The position numbers and the translations under genes are program-made. 48,454 bases of DNA from a virus. The stretch lies in the IMG/VR virus record IMGVR_UViG_3300025152_000001; one strand, given 5' to 3'. Positions 42,541 through 48,454 of this stretch are shown here, one piece after another; positions within the stretch are counted from its first letter, which is position 1; each line of letters opens with the position of its first letter. Below the pieces are notes generated by a model. It did not search any database, was not told where the DNA came from, and saw only the letters and a list, made by a program, of their open reading frames with translations.

Positions 42541-43096
42541 GTATTATCACATTGGATTGTAATAAGATATAGTTTAAGCCCCTTTTCCGACTATCTCATA
42601 CTATACCCTTTAACCCCTTTTTGAGTTTATTCCTTTTGCCTTTACCGGTTACTATTGCATACTATATACACTAGCTAAAAGCCAAAGCTAAAGACAAAAA
42701 AGCTATAAAGATTAGTATTGTTAGTATATAGGTAAGTTTTTAGGGTTTTAACCTCGAAATATTCTTTTCGTTTACACTTCTCAAAACCTTCTCACGTTGC
42801 CTTCTGTTGAGTTTAAACACCACTAACCATAGTTATATGCCATGGCATTATTGCCTATGCTTAAAATCGATTGTAGTGATATTATACCCTATATGGTACG
42901 ATATACCACTTACTACCTGTTATTGCTGGTTAGTATCACCTTTTATATATCTATTGTACCTTTTAGGGTATAGTCCTGTTTTATTATTCCTGTAACTTTT
43001 TTCTATTTATGGCGTAATTGCCGTAATTAAAATAATTATTTTATGCTATTATGTCCCTGATACATAAGCATTTACAAACTATCTAAAAAATAACTA

Positions 43097-43124
43097 TTGA
43101 CAAATTAAATATCTATGTTATACT
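43097..43124 (+). promoter_or_regulatory. sigma70/sigmaA promoter for the plus arm (TTGACA-N16-TATACT, TGT extended -10)
   Basis: ttgaca 43097-43102, tatact 43119-43124, 42 nt upstream of the ATG at 43166 with a GGAGGG SD. Confidence 0.65.
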
Positions 43125-43165
43125 ATTAATAGAGCAGATTAGACAGCTCAACGGAGGGAAAGAAA

Positions 43166-43357
43166 ATGGAAAGATACCAGCATATAAGGGAAAAACTAGA
43201 ACCACTGAAAGTGTATACATATAGAGAAATAGTAAACATAATATCTCCAACACAATCAACAACAGCGGAATATATAATGGACAATATGAGGGCGTGCGGT
43301 ATGCTGTCTTATGCTTCTGACAGCACGGGGCATACGGGATTTAAATTAGTACAATAG
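43166..43357 (+). CDS. small protein (63 aa), possible winged-helix DNA-binding regulator
   Basis: First gene of the plus arm. Helix-turn-helix-like segment YTYREIVNIISPTQSTTAEYIMDNMRACGML. The assignment is tentative. Confidence 0.5.
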   Translation: MERYQHIREKLEPLKVYTYREIVNIISPTQSTTAEYIMDNMRACGMLSYASDSTGHTGFKLVQ

Positions 43358-43368
43358 GAGAAAAAACT

Positions 43369-43524
43369 ATGAATATATGGTTAAGAAATGATGTCCCACA
43401 AGCAGACCAAAGATGTATAGACTGTAAAAACTACAGAACTTGCAGAATAACGCTTTGCGACGGGAGACGCCAAACAAACGGACAGTATTACAATTTTAGT
43501 TGTTTTATACATAAAACAAAGTAA
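43369..43524 (+). CDS. small Cys-rich protein (51 aa)
   Basis: Not in the ORF track. ATG 43369 after TAGGAG. CIDC...C...C pattern. Confidence 0.4.
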   Translation: MNIWLRNDVPQADQRCIDCKNYRTCRITLCDGRRQTNGQYYNFSCFIHKTK

Positions 43525-43526
43525 GA

Positions 43527-43614
43527 ACACGGTAAGCCCTTACTCAATAAGAGAAGGGCAAGGAATAAAAACACCGTAAGCCCTGATTATCTTAGATAAC
43601 AGGCAGGGAATAAA
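43527..43614 (+). repeat. tandem pair of ~44-nt units, each forming a 9-bp bulged hairpin
   Basis: Units 43527-43569 and 43571-43614 share ACAC(G/C)GTAAGCCCT...AGGGAATAAA. Hairpins at 43536-43559 and 43582-43603. Confidence 0.6.
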
Positions 43615-43623
43615 GGCGGTTCT

Positions 43624-44151
43624 ATGAATTACATTGTAAAAGGTAAAAGCATCACGGTTGAAGCGGTAAGGGCGGAATTGATAAAGCGGTACAATTCCGA
43701 ATATAACACAGCGGAAAAAGTAAAAATCAATAAGGAAATAAAGGAATATTTGTATATTCCTAAAGATAATACAGAAAAAGAAGCATTTAACAAAGCATTT
43801 GAACAAGATATAATGGAAGCAAGTAATAACCTTGTATTACTCAATGAAATGTTGTTAAATGACAAAGCGGTATATCTTAAATGCGAAAAAGAGCCCAGGG
43901 GAAATTTAGATACGGGAAAACATTACTACTCAATTTTTGTTGTTAAAAATGAAGAGCTTTATAAAATATGGTTAAGGGCTTTTATTGTCCTTGTCGGCGG
44001 TTGTATCAATAATAAAGACAGGAATATGAGTAAATATATATTTGATAGCGGTGCAATAGGAATGAGCAGGGCTCTCGATGCAACAGATAATATTTTTAAC
44101 CTGCTAAAGTCTTTAGGCGGGTGCTACGCTCAAATAACAAGGTTTATCTAA
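43624..44151 (+). CDS. hypothetical protein (175 aa)
   Basis: Long ORF with protein-like composition. No family recognised. Confidence 0.6.
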   Translation: MNYIVKGKSITVEAVRAELIKRYNSEYNTAEKVKINKEIKEYLYIPKDNTEKEAFNKAFEQDIMEASNNLVLLNEMLLNDKAVYLKCEKEPRGNLDTGKHYYSIFVVKNEELYKIWLRAFIVLVGGCINNKDRNMSKYIFDSGAIGMSRALDATDNIFNLLKSLGGCYAQITRFI

Positions 44152-44208
44152 ACTAAACCATTATTAACCTTAATAAATAAAGTGATAATGCAAATGGAGG
44201 GTAAAAGG

Positions 44209-44382
44209 ATGTTTTGTAAAATATGCGGTAAACAGTTTTTATTAAGAGGTCGGAAATGGATAACGTTAATGTGTACTGGGTGCGGGGCAGAATATGAGAA
44301 GGGAAAAAACGAACCCTTTAACATTAATCAACATAATGAACAATATAAAAACAAAAAGGCGGTGCATAATGTCAAAGTTTAA
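44209..44382 (+). CDS. small zinc-ribbon protein (57 aa)
   Basis: Internal ATG after GGAGGGTAAAAGG. CKICG...CTGCG. Confidence 0.5.
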   Translation: MFCKICGKQFLLRGRKWITLMCTGCGAEYEKGKNEPFNINQHNEQYKNKKAVHNVKV

Positions 44383-44551
44383 AAATCTTAAAATAGGTAC
44401 AAAGGTTAGAACAAAAGACAAAGAATACAATATAGCATATATCACGAATATAACACAGCGGAAGGGTTGGTATTGGTACGATATACGGATAGTTGATGGA
44501 GGCGGTGAAAAAACCTGCTACCCTGAAAATATATTGGAGGTGCTAAAATGA
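44369..44551 (+). CDS. hypothetical protein (60 aa)
   Basis: Internal ATG of ORF 44294..44551. Overlaps the upstream end by 14 nt. Confidence 0.45.
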   Translation: MSKFKNLKIGTKVRTKDKEYNIAYITNITQRKGWYWYDIRIVDGGGEKTCYPENILEVLK

Positions 44552-45042
44552 AACTAAAGTTTAGTAATACTGAAAACGTGTTGTTTAATGGTAAAGAGAA
44601 TATAGTATCCTGTCAATACTGGTTTACAAAGTGTTATGATACAACAAAGGGATTAAAGCATAAAGAGAAAAGTATATCTGAAAAGATTAAAAATAAAGAA
44701 AGTTTCGCTTATAATGTATCACAAAAAGAGTTTTTTGCTTGTCCAGATTTTACACAAATAATTGAAAAGGCGGAAAAAAGTAATATTGAATTTACGAAAA
44801 TAAGCGGGCTTGTATTTAACGATATGTATATTTACAAAGGGACTATTGACAGCTACATTGTATATACAGCCTTAAGCAAAGAATATGTTGATATGTTGGA
44901 GTTTCCTGAAGTTTTATTTACCACTAATACAACATCTTTAATGGTTTACAAGGCAAAAGATAGGGCGGATAAATGGAATATTTTAGGTGGTCTAATGCCT
45001 ATTGAATTCAACATAAATGACTTAAAAAAGGAGATAATATAA
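44548..45042 (+). CDS. hypothetical protein (164 aa)
   Basis: ATGA coupling. GGAGG SD. Confidence 0.6.
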   Translation: MKLKFSNTENVLFNGKENIVSCQYWFTKCYDTTKGLKHKEKSISEKIKNKESFAYNVSQKEFFACPDFTQIIEKAEKSNIEFTKISGLVFNDMYIYKGTIDSYIVYTALSKEYVDMLEFPEVLFTTNTTSLMVYKAKDRADKWNILGGLMPIEFNINDLKKEII

Positions 45043-45166
45043 TGATATATAGTTGGCGGTACTTTGTCAACAAAAGGCAACAAAGGGCTTTAAATGAATT
45101 AAAATGGTGCTTATTATTCACGATTACAGCCGGGGTTATGGCAATGATTTTAAGGGGGTATTAAAT

Positions 45167-46060
45167 ATGTGCAGATTTATTTCATTCTTTCACAAACCAG
45201 ATGCAGACGGTAAGCCAGAGATTGCAGTATGGGATTTAAACTCTCACGGGGAAACAGAGGAACATTTGAAACTAAATACTAAGTTGTGGCAAGAAGCTCA
45301 TTACGAGCCAAATGGAAACCTTGAATTGAGATATAATGATAATTTTAAGTTAGATAAAAAAGAATATGAGGAAATATTTAAAAATAGATTTGTCAATTTT
45401 TCTTACTTTCTAAACCATTGTTTGAAACACTGGAATAACAGCGGCTATCTCGACCTTAGAGGTTGCGACTTGAAGGGAATAACCCTGCCGACTACAATCG
45501 GTGGCTATCTCGACCTTAGAGGTTGCGACCTGAAGGGCATAACCCTGCCAACCACTATTGATGGCTCTCTCTACCTTAGCGGTTGCGACTTAAAGGGCAT
45601 AACCCTGCCGACTACAATCGGTGGCTTTCTCTACCTTAGCGGTTGCGACTTGAAGGGCATAACCCTGCCGACTACAATCGGTGGCTCTCTCTACCTTAGC
45701 GGTTGCGACTTGAAGGGCATAACCCTGCCGACTACAATCGGTGGCTATCTCGACCTTAGAGGTTGCGACCTGAAGGGCATAACCCTGCCAACCACTATTG
45801 ATGGCTCTCTCTACCTTAGCGGTTGCGACTTGAAGGGCATAACCCTGCCAACCACTATTGATGGCTTTCTCTACCTTAGCGGTTGCGACTTGAAGGGCAT
45901 AACCCTGCCAACCACTATTGATGGCTCTCTCTACCTTAGCGGTTGCGACTTGAAGGGCATAACCCTGCCGACTACAATCGGTGGCTATCTCGACCTTAGC
46001 GGTTGCGACTTAAAGGGCTTAACTATACCAAAAAGATTTAAAAATAAGATTATAAAGTAA
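45167..46060 (+). CDS. LRR-like tandem-repeat protein, paralog A (about 92-aa N-terminal domain plus ten 20-aa units)
   Basis: ATG 45167 after AGGGGG gives the same MCRFISFFHKPDADGKPEIAVWDLNSHGETEEHLKLN.. start as paralog B. The 20-aa units G-x-L-x-L-x-G-C-D-L-K-G-I-T-L-P-T-T-I-(G/D) fit short bacterial-type LRRs. Confidence 0.8.
   Translation: MCRFISFFHKPDADGKPEIAVWDLNSHGETEEHLKLNTKLWQEAHYEPNGNLELRYNDNFKLDKKEYEEIFKNRFVNFSYFLNHCLKHWNNSGYLDLRGCDLKGITLPTTIGGYLDLRGCDLKGITLPTTIDGSLYLSGCDLKGITLPTTIGGFLYLSGCDLKGITLPTTIGGSLYLSGCDLKGITLPTTIGGYLDLRGCDLKGITLPTTIDGSLYLSGCDLKGITLPTTIDGFLYLSGCDLKGITLPTTIDGSLYLSGCDLKGITLPTTIGGYLDLSGCDLKGLTIPKRFKNKIIK
45443..46042 (+). repeat. ten in-frame 60-bp tandem repeats
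   Basis: Period exactly 60 nt. Units 2 and 6 are identical. Units 5 and 9 are identical to each other and to unit 1 of paralog B. The last unit diverges after about 35 nt. Confidence 0.9.
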
Positions 46061-46072
46061 AAAGGGGGAAAA

Positions 46073-46420
46073 ATGACAAAACAAGATTATTTAAACGATA
46101 TACAAATAGTAAAAAGGGATATTGAAACCGACAGGATAACATCAGAAGGGATTGACAGCACGATTGCACTTGTGGATGACTGGAAAAACCCCCTAATGGT
46201 GGGTTTCGATAAAATGGCTCATATCCTCACCACCTACGATTTTAAGCTACCGGAACGGTTAGAAGCTATAGAAGCCCTAAAGGGGGTGTGGTGGGTGGGT
46301 AAAGGGCTACCAGAAGGCAGGGAACGTATACAATACATCAAGGAACACAAAAAGGAAACATTAGAAGCATTAGAAAAGTTTAGAGGGTTTGTTAATGAAT
46401 ATTACAAGGGGGTAAGATGA
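46073..46420 (+). CDS. hypothetical protein (115 aa)
   Basis: GGGGGA SD. Confidence 0.6.
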   Translation: MTKQDYLNDIQIVKRDIETDRITSEGIDSTIALVDDWKNPLMVGFDKMAHILTTYDFKLPERLEAIEALKGVWWVGKGLPEGRERIQYIKEHKKETLEALEKFRGFVNEYYKGVR

Positions 46421-46668
46421 AAACTAAAAAAGAAATATATCAATGGTGGGTATCAAGAGGAGATATAGAAAACGAGGTTGACGATTTGACAATTCTTTGC
46501 AAAGAGTTAGACAAAAAACATTGCTATACAAACAGTACACGAAGAAAAGAAGTTATTGCAGGTAAAAATGTTGAAGTAAGACATATACAGATATGTAAAA
46601 GTGGTTGGAAATTTCCCCTTTATCTGGATTTTATTGACAATGAATGTGTTAGAATAGGAGGATTTTAA
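46417..46668 (+). CDS. hypothetical protein (83 aa)
   Basis: ATGA coupling. Confidence 0.55.
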   Translation: MKTKKEIYQWWVSRGDIENEVDDLTILCKELDKKHCYTNSTRRKEVIAGKNVEVRHIQICKSGWKFPLYLDFIDNECVRIGGF

Positions 46669-46830
46669 ATGAAAAAGAAAACCATAGAGATAGAAAAGAT
46701 AATTGATATTGAAGAACTAGAAAACACGGAAAGCATTTTAACCACCCAAAGAGATATTATCGGAGAGATAACAAGAGGATTAGAAGATGAGCAGGATTTT
46801 ATTAATTCCAATTTGTACGGGAGCTGTTAA
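46669..46830 (+). CDS. small acidic protein (53 aa)
   Basis: Not in the ORF track. ATG directly after the upstream TAA. GGAGGA SD. Confidence 0.4.
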   Translation: MKKKTIEIEKIIDIEELENTESILTTQRDIIGEITRGLEDEQDFINSNLYGSC

Positions 46831-46984
46831 TCTTATGACTAACATTTCAAGAACTATAATTACGAAGATTAAGAACAGTTGGTATCGGGTTATTAAGTCA
46901 GAAGGGTTATTGTTCGGCTGGGCCTGTGTTCTGTCCTTGCTGTTCGTTCTAAACCTTTTGCTACATACTAACTTTTTACATTAG
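46787..46984 (+). CDS. possible small membrane protein (65 aa)
   Basis: AGAGGA upstream and a hydrophobic C-terminus. It overlaps 46669..46830 by 44 nt, so it is uncertain. Confidence 0.3.
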   Translation: MSRILLIPICTGAVNLMTNISRTIITKIKNSWYRVIKSEGLLFGWACVLSLLFVLNLLLHTNFLH

Positions 46985-47132
46985 GGCGACTGCCCGATAT
47001 ATCACTGTATGATTTATGAAGCTTGTAGAAGATACCCATATCTATTATACACTTTTCAAACGTAAAGAAGTATGACCAATATCATACAGGAAAACACTTG
47101 ATTGTATAAGGGTAAATTGAAAGAAAATAAAG

Positions 47133-47152
47133 TAGTTAGTCTAGACTAACTA
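47133..47152. promoter_or_regulatory. perfect 20-bp palindrome (operator or hairpin candidate)
   Basis: tagttagtct/agactaacta is an exact inverted repeat with no spacer, in the non-coding gap 46985-47176. Confidence 0.5.
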
Positions 47153-47176
47153 ATATCACTAAAAAGGGGAGGTAAA

Positions 47177-47302
47177 ATGGGTAAAAAATATAACCACGGG
47201 AAAACAGATTTTAAGGCGGATTTTATGGTTAGTTTGGTGTCGGTGGGATTGTTTTTTGCAGTGATTGGTGCGATAGTGTTTGTGTTAAACACAGTAAAAT
47301 AG
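47177..47302 (+). CDS. small 1-TM peptide (41 aa)
   Basis: Not in the ORF track. GGGGAGG SD. TM segment MVSLVSVGLFFAVIGAIVFVL. Confidence 0.4.
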   Translation: MGKKYNHGKTDFKADFMVSLVSVGLFFAVIGAIVFVLNTVK

Positions 47303-47305
47303 TTG

Positions 47306-47334
47306 TTGACAAGTGGTAAAAATTATGGTACAAT
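47306..47334 (+). promoter_or_regulatory. sigma70/sigmaA promoter (TTGACA-N17-TACAAT, TGG extended -10)
   Basis: ttgaca 47306-47311, tacaat 47329-47334. Followed by AAGGAGGG and the ATG at 47360. Confidence 0.65.
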
Positions 47335-47359
47335 AAATTGAAAATTTAAGGAGGGTAAA

Positions 47360-47566
47360 ATGAGTGTACCCAAAGGAAAGTATTGCGAAAATAATAATTA
47401 TAAAACCTGCGAACATATGTCACTTGATACCACTGGTGCAAATAGTGTTTGTGCAAAATATGGAAATATTGGATTTGAAAGTGAATGGTATAGAAACCAG
47501 CCAAGAACAATCAAATGCAAGCAATGTCTAACGGAGGGAAAGGAAAATGAGCATAAACATAGATAA
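47360..47566 (+). CDS. hypothetical Cys-containing protein (68 aa)
   Basis: Strong SD. Six Cys, including KCKQC near the C-terminus. Confidence 0.55.
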   Translation: MSVPKGKYCENNNYKTCEHMSLDTTGANSVCAKYGNIGFESEWYRNQPRTIKCKQCLTEGKENEHKHR

Positions 47567-47599
47567 CATAAAGGATGGAAAACAACAAAAGGATAAAAA

Positions 47600-47821
47600 A
47601 TGAGTGAAAATAAGATAAGGGCGGAACGACAGGTCATTATTAAAGTTGAAGAATTAGAATGGAATCTATCACAGGGTAGAAACTATTATAATGTTACAGT
47701 ATGGAAAAAATATAAACACTCACCTACTGTTTTAAGATTTAACATTAGGCAAACGTTAAAAATGTTAGATGTGCTTTTGCCGAAACAACAACTCAAATCC
47801 TATCTAGGGGAGGAAAAGTGA
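47600..47821 (+). CDS. hypothetical protein (73 aa)
   Basis: AAGGA upstream. Protein-like composition. Confidence 0.5.
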   Translation: MSENKIRAERQVIIKVEELEWNLSQGRNYYNVTVWKKYKHSPTVLRFNIRQTLKMLDVLLPKQQLKSYLGEEK

Positions 47822-48048
47822 AAAAACACGATATAAGGACATTACGAGATATACTAGAAGTTGTTGACGATAAGAATATTGACTATTTCATTAAGGATTT
47901 TTCTGACTGGTTGTATATTTTAGTAATAGTTGCTAAGTTAGACAAGACACAAATAAAGGTAAACAATGCGGATATATTCACATGGATAGATGATAAGAAA
48001 AACAATGTTCACGTAAGTTTTTCTAAGAAAAAACAAGGGGAGGAATAA
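47818..48048 (+). CDS. hypothetical protein (76 aa, GTG start)
   Basis: GTGA coupling with the upstream stop. GGGGAGG SD. Confidence 0.5.
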   Translation: MKKHDIRTLRDILEVVDDKNIDYFIKDFSDWLYILVIVAKLDKTQIKVNNADIFTWIDDKKNNVHVSFSKKKQGEE

Positions 48049-48051
48049 CAA

Positions 48052-48454
48052 ATGTGCAGATTTATTTCATTTTTCCACAAACCAGATGCGGACGGTAAGC
48101 CAGAAATTGCCGTGTGGGATTTAAACTCTCACGGGGAAACAGAGGAACATTTAAAGCTAAATACTAAGTTATGGCAAGAAGCCCACTATGAACCAAATGG
48201 TAATCTTGAATTGAGATACAATGATAATTTTAAGTTAGACAAGCAAGAGTATGAGGAAATATTTAAAAATAGATTTATTAACTTCAATTACTTTTTAAAT
48301 TATTGTCTTAAACACTGGAATAAAAAAGGCTCTCTCTACCTTAGCGGTTGCGACTTGAAGGGCATAACCCTGCCGACTACAATCGGTGGCTCTCTCGACC
48401 TTGGCGGTTGCGACTTGAAGGGCATAACCCTGCCGACTACAATCGGTGGCTCTC
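48052..48454 (+). CDS. 5' part of LRR-like tandem-repeat protein, paralog B (continues at window start)
   Basis: GGGGAGG SD. The N-terminal domain is nearly identical to paralog A. 60-bp units start at 48328. There is no stop before the window end. Confidence 0.8.
   Translation, partial: MCRFISFFHKPDADGKPEIAVWDLNSHGETEEHLKLNTKLWQEAHYEPNGNLELRYNDNFKLDKQEYEEIFKNRFINFNYFLNYCLKHWNKKGSLYLSGCDLKGITLPTTIGGSLDLGGCDLKGITLPTTIGGS
48404..48454. repeat. second copy of the 51-bp terminal direct repeat
   Basis: Identical to bases 1-51. Confidence 0.9.

Noticed and set aside
42807-42995. 62-aa plus-strand ORF in the non-coding region
   Set aside because: TTG start without an SD, composition driven by AT-rich sequence, and it sits among repeated motifs.
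45443-46042. Regular 60-bp repeats could be mistaken for a CRISPR array
   Set aside because: The units are contiguous with no spacers. They are in frame within a long ORF and encode a consistent 20-aa LRR-like unit.
1-48454. Alternative genetic code (stop-codon reassignment) to explain the long non-coding regions
   Set aside because: All recognisable genes on both arms read through intact with the standard code. The gaps contain all three stop codons densely in every frame.
1-48454. Temperate lifestyle / lysogeny module
   Set aside because: No integrase, excisionase, partition genes or clear CI/Cro pair were recognised. The small wHTH-like protein and the palindrome are not enough to claim lysogeny.

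Overview
The window looks like a complete, circularly closed genome of about 48.4 kb. Bases 1-51 are identical to 48404-48454. It belongs to a low-GC tailed dsDNA phage that appears podovirus-like: I recognise no tape measure, tube or sheath gene.

Two gene arms diverge from a 2.1-kb non-coding control region (41022-43165) and converge on a hairpin at 15391-15420.

The plus arm (43166 through the wrap to 15378) carries many small early genes and DNA-metabolism genes:
- two paralogous LRR-like proteins built from near-identical 60-bp tandem units
- an HNH endonuclease
- a DnaB-family helicase
- a Cas4-like PD-(D/E)XK nuclease
- SSB
- a metallophosphoesterase
- an ATP-dependent ligase-like nucleotidyltransferase

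The minus arm (40964 down to 15430) runs in this order: small zinc-ribbon protein, terS-like, terL, zinc-finger HNH, portal, GroES-like co-chaperonin, scaffold, decoration-like protein, major capsid, beta-helix protein, a possible glycosyltransferase, large tail/virion proteins, a beta-helix tailspike, and a lysis cassette ending in a glucosaminidase-type endolysin.

I saw no integrase, DNA polymerase, primase, RNA polymerase, tRNA, CRISPR array or reverse transcriptase.

The points most worth follow-up are:
1. Cassette-like mosaic variation in the LRR repeat genes.
2. A cluster of perfect DnaA boxes, other repeated motifs and an AT-rich tract in the 2.1-kb divergent region, read as a candidate oriC-like origin.
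3. A 680-nt GC-enriched, helix-rich non-coding block (13536-14215) that may be a large structured RNA.
4. Six near-consensus sigma70/sigmaA promoters, two of which sit directly on an ATG and predict leaderless mRNAs.
5. A domain of about 146 aa present three times across two tail genes.

All functional calls come from reading motifs by eye. No database search was run.
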